From Candidatus Saccharimonadota bacterium (GTDB taxonomy: Bacteria; Patescibacteriota; Gracilibacteria; BD1-5; UBA2023), in NCBI GenBank assembly GCA_046350815.1, contig JAXLZO010000001.1, positions 180,001-212,000 of the forward strand: a DNA stretch of 32,000 bases, given 5' to 3'. The position numbers and the translations under genes are program-made. Under the pieces are notes generated by a model, which was not told the origin of the DNA, ran no database searches, and saw only the letters and a program-made list of their open reading frames with translations. This document shows, in pieces, positions 1 through 10,905 of this stretch (positions are counted from its first letter, which is position 1; every line of letters begins with the position of its first letter).

Positions 1-441
<441 letters not shown>

Positions 442-450
442 AGAGAAAAA

Positions 451-879
451 TTAGCTTTTACCAGTAGTACCAAACCCACCACGATCTGATGTATTCATGG
501 ATGTAACCACTTCAAACTCTGCACGCTCCACTGGAACAAACATAGCTTGTGCTATTCGATCTCCAGGATTGAGTGTAATGCTTTCTTTTCTCATATTTAT
601 AACAGCGCACTTGATCGTATCGTTATCACCACAATAGTCTTGATCAATAATACCAAAACTATTCACAAACATAAGTCAAAAATTCTTGAAAGTAGACGAT
701 CTTGGGCAGAGCATAAGTACATAACCAGGGGGTGTGGCAATGACAACACCCGTCTCCACAAGCGCATATTCACCCGGAGCAATCGTTTTTGTCTCACTCA
801 CGGGCATATCAAAAGCACACGCGCCAGCTGTCTTATACTCAAGCATAACTCACTCAGGAAGCTTTGTTCGAACTATCAT
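451..879 (-). CDS. dut: dUTP diphosphatase (dUTPase), 142 aa
   Basis: ATG at 877-879 and TAA at 451-453. Motifs are TAGACAFDM, GIIDQDYCGDND and the C-terminal DRGGFGTTG. There are two in-frame TGA codons (850-852 and 676-678, the latter in KNF-G-L). The gene ends 9 nt upstream of folA. Confidence 0.9.
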
Positions 880-915
880 AGTAATGAAAGGAAATGATAC
901 AAAGTTAGTATAGTA

Positions 916-955
916 AAATTTCCTGAAGTAAAAAATTTTTTACTTCAGGAAATTT
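916..955. terminator. Perfect 40-nt palindrome (20-bp arms) between the L,D-transpeptidase gene and dut
   Basis: aaatttcctgaagtaaaaaa / ttttttacttcaggaaattt. Every position from 916 to 955 was checked as complementary. It lies 44 nt downstream of the TAG at 999-1001 on the minus strand. Confidence 0.6.
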
Positions 956-998
956 ATCTTTTATCAAAGAGAAATTATTAAATACAAGGCATAAGACC

Positions 999-2243
999 CT
1001 AATCTATATAAACCGTTGTACCAATTTTTGACCAGTCGTAGAGCCATTTTACTGCTTCATAGGGAGTATTCACACATCCATGGCTTCCTGCAGATGTATA
1101 GCTCGATACTCAGAACTCTCTACGCCAACAATTATGCTTATTGCAGGCATCGTGAATACCATAGGCACCATAGAACGCAATCCAATAATCAACCCAGAGT
1201 TCGTATTTTTCATCTGGAAAAGGAGATTTTAAGATTTTATTCCGTTGTTTATTGTACACTTGAAATACCCCTGTTACGGTTTCATGTTTGTTACGGCCAC
1301 TTGTAATGGGTGTTGAGAGGACTAATTCCCCATCTTCATAAACGTACATTTTTTGATCCAAGAGTGAGATAAATACTTGTGAGTATATATCAAAAAATGG
1401 TGCGGCAGGAGGAGTATTGTTTCCCCATTTTTGTTTCTCAGAGAGAACAAGATCCTGTCGCTTGATACGTGCAATATTACGAAGCCTCTCAGACTCATCA
1501 CGATACTCTTGGAGTACACGAAAAGAAGACTCATATGACTCCTTCAGATTTTGATAAGAAACATTAGCTAAATTCTCCTCGGAAAATATATCATGATATG
1601 ATTGCAAGATAGTCACTTCATCAAAAGAGAGTTCACCATCATGATTGACGCGATAAAAAGAAGCGAGAAAATTAATCTCATGTTCGAGTGCGCGGATTTT
1701 TTGCACGAGTAATACCCTTTGAGCTGATTCAGATGCTCGTAGTGCTGATCGCACTTCTTGTTGAAATGGAATCATGGATCCAGAATCATCATCTCATGAT
1801 ACATCAGAAGCAATTTCAGTATTTTCTTGGGGAATATATCCTGAAGAGAGATTTGAATTCTGCGATTGTTGTATATGTCCTTCCTCTGCATTTGTCTTGA
1901 ACAAAATAGGTTCCTCAAGTTGGAGGACTTCTCATTTAAGAAAATGAATACACAAAACAACATATGACAGAGTTGAGCGTATACCTCATTGAATCACCAT
2001 CAAGCCGTAACTGGCTGGTGTATATTGAGATTGATTTTCTTCAGAAAGTTGAGTCCATCGATATCCGAGTAAACATCATAAAATTACAATAAAAGAAGCA
2101 CAAAGAAGGAGTATTGCTACCAAAATGCGAGATTTTTTGAAGGAACGAAGCGAGAAATTTGGAAACATCAGAAACATCAAGATCACTATTGGAGAATATA
2201 GTAAGATTTGTAGAAAAAAAGCAATTTTTCCTTTCTCTTTCAT
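999..2243 (-). CDS. L,D-transpeptidase (YkuD domain) with an N-terminal membrane anchor, up to 414 aa
   Basis: The C-terminus reads ...YGIHDACNKHNCWRREF-G-VSSYTSAGSHGCVNTPYEAVKWLYDW, the YkuD catalytic H...SHGC motif. The frame is open apart from TGA from 2243 down to the TAG at 999-1001. The N-terminal extension contains the TM segment SRILVAILLLCASFIVILGCLLGY. The start is ambiguous (ATG at 2241-2243, 2175-2177 or 2166-2168); the track ORF starting at 1775 would lack any export signal. Confidence 0.75.
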
Positions 2244-2275
2244 TAAACAATGCTCATTTTACGTAAAATTATTGA

Positions 2276-2314
2276 CATAATTATTTTAATATTTGCAATA
2301 TTAAAATAATTATG
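2276..2314. promoter_or_regulatory. Perfect 18-bp inverted repeat with a 3-nt spacer in a divergent promoter region (candidate operator)
   Basis: cataattattttaatatt-tgc-aatattaaaataattatg lies between the divergent starts at 2243 (-) and 2360 (+). A TTGACA hexamer at 2272-2277 overlaps the left arm. Confidence 0.4.
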
Positions 2315-2359
2315 ATAGAGTAATGACGTTTCAAACATTTTATCAATAAAAATACCAAT

Positions 2360-2938
2360 ATGATGAAACAATACAGTGTTCTTTTTCTCGTTGCTGCTGG
2401 CATGACACTCTCTAGTACACTTGCAGCATACGCCATGATGGACGCACCATCTTCTCGTGAGATGCGCACCGACAAAATTATGAACATGGAGAAATTACAT
2501 TCTACAAGTGGATCAGAAACATTCTCTGGAAATATAAAGCCACGTTGCAATAAAAATGCATCTGATACGGGCAGTGTTCGCTGCACTGAGCTGAAAAATG
2601 GAACTCTTTGAGAAAATAGACAAGAGAAGCTTCAAGAACGAAAAAAACTTCAACAAGAAAAGGAGCAAAAAATGAAAGCTCTTTGGCAAATGCGCGACAC
2701 TATCATCGACAAACTCCTTGCAGGAGAATCACTCTCCGATGCTGAAAAAGCAGAAGCAAAAGTGATGCTTGCTGAGCGAAAAGAACGTAAGTCAGAAGTA
2801 AAAGAACGAGTTGAGGAAATAAAATCAAGTGGAGAAAAAGTTGGACCAATAAAGCGAACTGAAATCCGAAAGGAAGTACGAAAGGATATGAGAGAGGAGC
2901 GGAGAAATGAAGAAAAAAGTTCGACGGAAACAAGGTAA
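2360..2938 (+). CDS. Secreted, highly charged, probably helical protein, 192 aa
   Basis: The Sec-type signal is MMKQYSVLFLVAAGMTLSSTLAAYA. One in-frame TGA at 2609-2611 joins track ORFs 2360..2611 and 2672..2938 in the same frame. The C-terminal half is K/E/R-rich. The gene ends in TAA and is followed by a strong terminator. Confidence 0.6.
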
Positions 2939-2951
2939 TTCTCTTCCAAAG

Positions 2952-2986
2952 AAGATACCCCACACCATTGGTGTGGGGTATCTTTC
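2952..2986. terminator. Rho-independent terminator between convergent genes
   Basis: Perfect 14-bp arms gataccccacacca / tggtgtggggtatc (2954-2981) are followed by a T-rich tail. Confidence 0.75.
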
Positions 2987-3137
2987 TAAGTATAACACTC
3001 TTGTTTTTGTGTTATTTTCCATTTTAGTGGAGATCTACTTTTCCTTTATTCATCGGAATGATCATCATGGTAGAAAATAAGAAACATTTCTCTTTTAATC
3101 AGACCAATAGAAATCGTATAGATAAAAGCTTTATATC

Positions 3138-4010
3138 CTATATTTTCTTTAATTCAATGACTCTACGAGGCGTGTCAACTATCAGGCGATATGTACCCGT
3201 TGTGAGGTTCGTAAAGCGACGGAAAAATGGATAGAATCAAGCAAACACCTTCAAGCTCAGGACATCCAGGAAATCAATATGGAATTCTTGGTTGGAAATA
3301 ATGTTGCCACCACGATCAAAACGAATCGATTTTGAATCGGTAATACGAAAATATCAACCATTTCCATCAAATCGAAAAAAATCGGATGTTGTTGGTATTG
3401 AAATAGTATCGCGAATATCATCAATGGGTTTTCCATTGAAAAGCATTCTATACTTTTCTTGTTGGATCTTTTTTATCGGATTTACAAGAAAGTGATACGC
3501 GCCGTCAATATTCGAGAGCTCAAAATACCCTATTTGTAAACGCAGTTTCCCTTCTGTCAAAAGATTAAATTGTTCACAAGATATGAATATCTCACCATGT
3601 CATTCTCATATGATGAGTCTGTAACCGATGCGTTCTACAAACACGTGTGGTTTGATAAATTGTCATCCGCCAATATGAAAAGATTGGGATATAAATCGAT
3701 CATAGGCTTGGGGATTGTTTGGACTGTATTTTTGTATAATTCGAAAATGCTTCTTCTTCCCATCTATTTCAATGATATTAATACCATCAGACACGACTTT
3801 TTTTGGATCTATCTTACATCGAAGTGGGAGACGTTGCTGGATTCCATCAATCCAGATTTGTGAGATGAGTCGATTTTCAAAAGAATTTCCTTTTGGAGAC
3901 TCAGAAATCACATAAAAAGACCCATCCTTTACCACAGACCATCAAAGATTGGCAAATAAGGATTCATATGTATTCGATGTGATATCTTGTACTTTTTCCA
4001 AACGTCACAT
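3138..4010 (-). CDS. Hypothetical protein, 290 aa, no recognised domain
   Basis: ATG at 4008-4010 and TAG at 3138-3140. Track ORFs 3663..3935 and 3354..3560 lie in one frame and are joined only through TGA codons (8 in the CDS, at 4005, 3942, 3663, 3606, 3600, 3354 and 3237). Confidence 0.55.
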
Positions 4011-4063
4011 ATAAAAAATAAAACACCACTATAGTGCCTTATTTTGATCAATTTATCAAATAA

Positions 4064-5179
4064 TTAATCACAAAATATTTTCTCAAAAAATCCTTTTTCT
4101 TCATCTTTTCAAATTCATCGCTCATGAGCGATCGCTTCGTAGAGTTCCCGTTCTTTTTTGGAAAGTTTCTTTGGGATTTCGACCTGAATATGAAGGTAGA
4201 GATCACCTCGATGATCGCGTCGAGAAATCGATGGAAATCCATCTCACTTGAGTCTAATGACATGATCTGGCTGAGTGCCAGCAGTAATATCAACACTACG
4301 ATCCCCAATTACTGGGATTTTTACACTTTTTTTAATCCCGAGAACCAGCTCTACTGGATGAAGAGGGAGAACAAAATGAATATCATCTTTCTCACGTTGC
4401 ATACCATGAGGCACATCGACAACACTAATATGAATGTAGAGATCACCTCGAGATTTACGCTTCGAATCGATTGATCCTTCGCCTCGCATTTTGAGACTTA
4501 CTCCATCAGAAATTCCTGCGGGAATTTCGACCGCCTGAGTTGTCTTTTTTCGAATGCGTTTTTTGCCATGACACGTACCACACGGATCCGAGATAGTCTC
4601 TCCTGATCCATGACATACGCCACAAACCGAGGCTTGTTCCATGACACCAAATATTGTCCTCACACGTTCACGCACTTGTCCCGATCCATGACAATGGCTA
4701 CATTTTACCGGCTTGGATCCTGATTTTGCCCCAGACCCATCACAAGTTCCGCAGAGATCATATCGCTCATATTTGAGTTCAAATTTTCACCCTTTGTAAC
4801 TATCAGCAAAATCGAGAACGAGTTCAGCTTCTTCATCTTCACCACCATGTGATTGTTCACGGGTACTGCCACCTGTAAAAAATTGCTCAAATATATCACC
4901 AAATCCGCCAAAACCTTGTGAGCTAAATCCTCCTTCAAATCATCCAAAGCCGCCTCATTGACCAGGAGGTGTACCAGTCTGATCATAGTACGCTTTCTTT
5001 TGAGGATCTGAGAGTGTCTCATATGCTGCGCCCACTTCCTTGAAAAGTGCCTCCTTTTCTTTGTCGCCACCAGTTCGATCTGGGTGGAGCTCCATAGCTT
5101 TTTTGCGATATGCTTTCTTGATCTCATCTGCTGTCGCATTTCGATCAACCCCAAGAATGCTGTAATATTCGTATGACAT
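4064..5179 (-). CDS. dnaJ: Molecular chaperone DnaJ, 371 aa
   Basis: The J domain is [31 protein letters not shown]. The G/F region is GQ-G-GGFG-G-FEGGF, with TGA at 4955-4957 and 4940-4942. There are four CxxCxGxG zinc-finger repeats, and RLK-G-DGFP has TGA at 4244-4246. TAA is at 4064-4066. Confidence 0.95.
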
Positions 5180-5213
5180 TTGATTTTTAAAAGTATTTAG
5201 ATACAAATCGTGC

Positions 5214-5924
5214 ATGGACTATACAGAAATCACCGAAAAAATCAAGCACCGAATGTGAATGCGTGCTATTCCAAATAGTCAAGAGCTTGGATTCTTTCAA
5301 CGTACACAGATTGTTACCAAGATTCTCACAAAGTTGACACCTGGTATTGAGTGTATAGCACTTGTTAATAGTACCGCTCTTTGTGCTACTCATCCTGAGA
5401 GCGATATTGATCTCCTCGTCGTAACCAAACCATGACATCTTATGTTGACACGAATCATACTTACACTCCTTCTCAAGTGGCGTGGCGAACTTCGACGATG
5501 AGATAATGATATTAGCAAATTCTGTCTCTCATTCTTCCTCGACACTGGTCATCTCGACATGTCGAAGATAGCACTCGAATGAAGTGATCCTTATCTCGCA
5601 CTCTGGACATCACGAATTGTCCCTGTTGCTATGACCGATCATTTCTATAAGAAATGGAAAACATCAAATCAATGGGTATGAATTCCATTTGAAAATCCAT
5701 TTCCAAAAGCACAAATCATCGAAGAACTATCATGTGTATCAAGGTTGATACGTCCAATCATATGATATATAGACCTTCTCATATACGGAATATACTCGCT
5801 CATAAGAAGAATGACAACGCTCAATAAAACTCCTATCAAAACGCCTTGGGGAATTGTTATCAATCGATGAATACAAAAACTCCATCCTGATGATAAGAGG
5901 ATGGAGTGGAGAAACTATAGATAA
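5214..5924 (+). CDS. Nucleotidyltransferase-domain protein (Pol-beta superfamily), 236 aa
   Basis: ATG at 5214 and TAA at 5922-5924. The NTase signature is [27 protein letters not shown] (G/S...DxD). The frame is open over 237 codons apart from 7 TGA. The specific substrate is unknown. Confidence 0.6.
5875..5906 (-). terminator. Rho-independent terminator of the giant-protein operon
   Basis: The minus strand reads ctccatcct-cttatcatc-aggatggag followed by ttttt, 19 nt after the TAA at 5925-5927. It lies inside the 3' end of the convergent NTase CDS. Confidence 0.7.
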
Positions 5925-8006
5925 TTATTTTGAGTGAGCTGATTGTTGAGCTCATGCTACTCATACAACAGCAAGACCACTAATAATCAACGAAATTAAT
6001 CAAATAGTTTTTGTGAATGGTAATACCTTGATTGCTGCAACTACTACTCCAGCACCAGCGACACCCGTCAATATCTTTTCAACGGTTGTGTCAATACCAA
6101 AAGATGCGAGCGTAGTATTAACAGCACTCATAATACCCGAAGTTATGGTATACGATGTTGTATAACTTGCTTTATTCAAGATCGAGTCCAACATGGCAGC
6201 TGTTTGTGCTACGATAGGATACTTATCAACACTATTCCTAAGATTATAAATATATTGACCAAAATGATCTGGATTTTTTTTCTGAAAGTATGCAAACAAT
6301 TTAAGAGATAGTATCGGCTTTTCTCAGGAACTTAGTGCTCATGCGTTAGGATTACCACCTGTAATCATGTAAATTTCAAATAAATCCTTCATCGTCATCG
6401 TATCAGGTCCAAGAAGATTGAGAAGATCCTGAGTGCACCCGAACTCTCTCGCTATCGAATTTCGAAAAGGATTGAGGAATTTTTCCGGATTAGCCATATC
6501 AACAACAAATTGCTTTTCTCAGGAATTTATATCAGTAACAGTATTGAGAAATTGGGTAACCGTCAGATCTCTTGTTGTCAGGAAGAACATTTTTTGTGTA
6601 AGCGAAGGTGATAATCAACGTGCCTTAAATGACTCAAATCTCTCGTCCATTAATGATCACTTTCCAAGAATAAATTTCCCATCTTGCATTTTCAGATCAA
6701 GAAATAAATCTGATGGAAGATCCGTAATATTATTAATAGATAAGTGTGAGATTTTTTCACTCATTTGCAAGAAATAATTATATCATTTTTTCGTATACAG
6801 AGTTGATATAAGTGAAATAATCTTTATATCTTTCCAGTTAGGATCCATACCGAATGTTTGAGCAAAGTACAACTCATTTTTTTGAAACATCTCTTTAATA
6901 AGTTTACAAGCCGATTGTCGCTTGGATCGGTCCACGTTACTTACTTTTCCGCTTCGTCTCACGAGATCATCAACAGATAATGATTGGATTTGTTTATAGC
7001 TAAGGTTTTGGAGTTCACTAGCAGTTAAAAGTGATACAGCATCTGTTTCAACATCCGTTCGAAAAGCAACTTCATCTTTATTTGTTGTTGCATCTCTCAT
7101 GCCTCAATAAAGAGCTCATAGATAATTGGAGTATATCATGGGATTCGTTCCTTGAATCAGAAATTTTGCAGTAAAGTTTGCCTGTTGCGCCGTGAGTATT
7201 TGTTGAGCCTCAATCTCCTCCTGATGAGTACTGTCTAATGTCTCTGGTTTATTGTCTTCAGTTTTCTTCTCATCATCCTTCTTTCCCGTATACTTCGCGA
7301 GAGCATCTTTGAGATTTCCACCGAAGAGCACAGCAAAAAAGAGTCATATACCCTTGCTAATATCACCTTTTTTGACGAGCTCCCATCCAGCATCCCAAGC
7401 ATCACCGATATCCGAAGACCATTTTTTGATCTTCTCTAGTGGCTTCATAATGCCTTTGACCGCCTCCTCAGCCTTCTTGCCGCCAGATTCAATAGTAGCT
7501 ACAACACCAGTTCCACCTGCAACCGCTACAGCTGCTTGTGCTGTAGTTGGAAGAGATTCAGTCTTAACATCGGGAGTTGTTTTTGGGGTACGTGCTACTA
7601 CATCTTGCTTCAGATCAGCCGCTTTTTGTTGTGTTTCAGCAATAGTCTGTGCATAGATTTGATTACGCAACTCAGAAACAAGTCGATTTGTCTCAGTCAG
7701 AGTCGCATCGTATTTTTTATCACGATCTTCTTTCTGGAGATATTTATTCAACTGAGTGAGAAATGTATCGATCTTCCCTTGAATCTTGGGATCATGTTTG
7801 AGTGCATCATCAGTAAAGGTAGTTCGAAGATCTGCGAGAAGTCATTCGTACGAACTTTTGATATTTACATATGCGGGATACACAAACTTCCCGGCAGGAA
7901 GTTGATGATCAAAATCCTCCCATCGTGCCGTGAGGGTAGATTTGAGTTTCTCAAGAAGTGTGTTTTCTGAAGATAAGGTGCGTTGTGTTTCTATTGAGGG
8001 AGACAT
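5925..8006 (-). CDS. Giant orphan protein C, 693 aa: helix-rich with Gly/Ala hydrophobic segments and a C-terminal TM pair
   Basis: ATG at 8004-8006 and TAA at 5925-5927. Track ORFs 7344..7751, 7116..7331, 6783..7100 and 6000..6299 share one frame; all gaps were checked codon by codon and contain only TGA. There is no signal peptide (MSPSIETQRTLSSEN). The C-terminus is ILTGVAGAGVVVAAIKVLPFTKTI-G-LISLIISGLAVV-G-VA-G-AQQ. Confidence 0.75.
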
Positions 8007-8018
8007 AATATACAAATG

Positions 8019-10886
8019 TTAGTGTGATTGTTGTGGTTTTGCTGCAGCGATGGCCTGTGCTGGAACTTCAAAAAGTGTCATAGAGAGTTTCTCACTCGCA
8101 TAAAGAACAGGAAACCCTATTGCGGCTGTCTTGCCGACAATTTCACCTCACTTAATCATGGTATTTGCAGCCTTGATTGCCTTTGATCACGTAACATAGT
8201 ATTTCATTGACTGACCAACAAATGGGAGAAAACTTACAGCTCATAATCATAAACGTATTGCTGCATCACGATTTGTCACCTTATTGCCAGCAATATCTTC
8301 ACCATATGCAAACATATTAATTGCTTGACCGATATCCCATCCTCCAGCAAGCATATTGCCAAAAATAGGTATAGCCATAGATCCAGCACTCACACCAAGA
8401 TCCAGAGCATACATGTTTGCTTTATGCTTATCTTCTTCTGTTTTAGCATTCAGCATCAGTTTTCCTATCTCATAAGCTCCTACACCCATCATACCAGCAC
8501 CGAGTCGTCCTGCAACTTTATCAGTTGCGGACATCTTTGCATGAAGTTTTTCTACGGACTCGATAGCAGCAGTATTTGCATATGATGTGCCTTTAATCGC
8601 TTTAATGAGATCTCATGGCACACTCTCAATCTGAGCACCATATTTTAAGATAGCTTTATTTTGTACGGTTACCCATGTATTGTACTCTCATACAAGCTGT
8701 GTAATTTTTTTCTTTGCGGTATCAATCTCAGATGGTGTCAACGATCCAGAATCAATCCGAGTCATCTCTGCTTTGATCGCATTGCGTCTCGCCTCAGCCT
8801 CAACACGTACTTTCTCAATAGCAGCAACCGACTCGCTGTATTGTCGCATATTTGCTTTGAGGTGTGCGTCAAGATTATTGATTGCAACAGAAGCTCGGTG
8901 TGCATCATAGGGAACATGATTTACTGCTCATTCTACTTGATCCAAAAGGAACTTTGTTGCAGGATCAGGCTTATTCTGAAGTACCACCATAAGAGCATGG
9001 GCTGATTTTGTTGTCATACCATTTTTTGTGAACCAATCTTCTAGAGTTGATTTCCAATTAGCTGGATGAGTACTGATACGATCTTGTGCTCTTGTAGCAG
9101 TGTCCAGTTGTCACTTTACTCACTTCGCCTTACCCTCGGCAGCTTGAACATCAGCATCAGAAATACCAGTTGCTGCGTCACGAATCCGTTTATTTGCAGT
9201 TCGCTGAGCTTCAATAGCATGTAATAGTCATTCTTTCACAGCTATATCACCCCAAAGATTATGAATAGGATCAGCTGGATTTCCAATTAAACGTCATACG
9301 GTTCATCTTTGTGTCGGAATTTTATTGCGATATTCATCAGTTAATGCAATTCTTGTTGCCTCCGTGCTTTGGATTTTTGCCTCAAGATTAACTAGTGATG
9401 GCGGACCCGCTTCAATATGAGTTTTTCGTGCATCAAATGCTGCCTGAGCTTTATTTCTCTCATCCAAATAGAGTTGAATAACAGCTGGATCCTTTTTCTT
9501 TGGATTTCTTCAAGTTATATAGTTATTTAATTTAAGATCTTCCCCTTGAAATACTCAATCAAGTCTTTTTAGTTCTGGATCACACCCTAAATTCGCAGGA
9601 GTTAGATCTAATAAAACTGAAATAGCTTGTTTACCTCTGGTCGCAGCCTGGTGCTCAATTTCATTTTTCTGATACTCACTACCAACACGGGGATGAGCTG
9701 GATCGCCGATTTCTGCGAGTCGTGTTTGAAGCGCTATCTCAATATCAGCAAGTGGCTTTCCGTGATATTGCGCATCAATACCAGCATTCCTGAGTGCAGT
9801 ATTATAAGCGTCTTTTGCATTCTGATGTTCGGTTTGTGCAGCTACTACTTTTGCATCATCTTCAGCAAGAGTGGTTCACAGCAGATCTGCAGCTCCTTTT
9901 CGATTTTGAAGATCTGCATGATGAGCATCAACTTGTTGTTGATCAAGCGTAAGATCTGCAACCAACTGATTACGATCAGCACTACTCAGTTTTTGACTCA
10001 TTTTAGCTGGATCGATACGAGCAACGCGAGCCAATTCAGATACATGATTATTAAATTCACTCAAAAGAACTCCTCGTTTTACTGGATCAGTTTCATGAAC
10101 AATATCCATCAGCATATTCTTAGTTGATTGAAGTTGATCTTGAAGAGATTTATTCTGAGGTAGTCCACCAATCGTTCGATCTAACTGATCCGTGATACGT
10201 TGTCCAGCTGCTGCTAAATCACGTTCAAACTGAGCCTTATTAGCACCAGTAATGGCAGCAAGTCTTGCTTCTTGTTGTGAATCGACCAATCAATCTCGCC
10301 ACTGTTTTCCATGAGCCCCAAGCCTCTGTGGACCTTGGAATATCCATTTACTTGCAAAACTTGGATCTCCTTTTTTCCACCAACGAACTTTTACGGCTTC
10401 AGCAGGATAATATCCCATAGCCATGAGCTTAAAGACTGCTATGAGTGTATTAGGTGTCTCTGGGAGATCTTCTGGATTCATCACGGCATATCAAGCATTT
10501 GTTGCATCTTCTTGAGTAATACTTCCTGACCCCTGAGCTTCAGCCGTACTCGGGAGAGAATCTCATGAATCTGAAGAGGAAGAAGATGTATCTTGATCTG
10601 CGGCAGGCGTCAAAACCGTGGTCGCAGCTACACTAGCCACGCCTGCTTGCACATCCTGTGCTACGTCACGCCTTCATGATGCAACGTTGAGATCTGCCTG
10701 ATATCGGCGAACCGCAGCCTGTTTTTCGGGGCTCAGTGCCTGAATAAGTCCCTCCTTTTGTTCAGAAGTCAGCAAATCAAAATTTTCTTGGGTAATATCA
10801 CCCGGAAGATCAACAAGAAAGCTAAATTCTGGTGCAAGGTGAGATTTCTCATCATCCGAGAGAACAATGGTTTCAAATGGAGTCAT
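8019..10886 (-). CDS. Giant orphan protein B, 955 aa: long Ala/Gln/Lys/Glu-rich region plus a C-terminal glycine-zipper hydrophobic block
   Basis: ATG at 10884-10886 and TAA at 8019-8021. Track ORFs 10674..10886, 10290..10484, 9876..10289 and 8247..8534 are in one frame, and the full 8535-9875 gap translates without TAA or TAG. The C-terminus contains AGRLGAGMMGVGAYEIG and LDLGVSAGSMAIPIFGNMLAGGWDIG. Confidence 0.75.
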
Positions 10887-10905
10887 AGTATTGATAATTT
10901 AGATA

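Noticed and set aside
2672-2938. A separate small gene starting at ATG 2672, which is preceded by a good AAGGAG Shine-Dalgarno sequence.
   Set aside because: The upstream frame from 2360 reads straight through the single TGA (2609-2611) into the same frame, so under table 25 it is one ORF. The AAGGAG is encoded by the QEKEQK codons. Internal initiation cannot be excluded.
4048-5215. Apparent pseudogenisation: dnaJ, ligA (14931-17030), recF, alaS, dut and others look shattered into many short ORFs in the supplied track.
   Set aside because: All the breaks are TGA, they occur at conserved Gly positions, and the pieces are collinear in one frame. This is an artefact of using the standard code, not gene decay.
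5669-5863. A TM-looking 64-aa minus-strand ORF ([21 protein letters not shown]..).
   Set aside because: It lies antisense to the 3' half of the 237-codon NTase frame and downstream of the operon terminator. It is most likely a shadow ORF.
7252-7656. Long plus-strand track ORFs opposite the giant operon and other genes (547..897, 7252..7656, 7536..7970, 8661..9005, 9627..10127, 17061..17678, 22711..23277).
   Set aside because: They are antisense shadows of verified long minus-strand frames. They have low-complexity or Cys/Phe/Ser-rich composition and no motifs.
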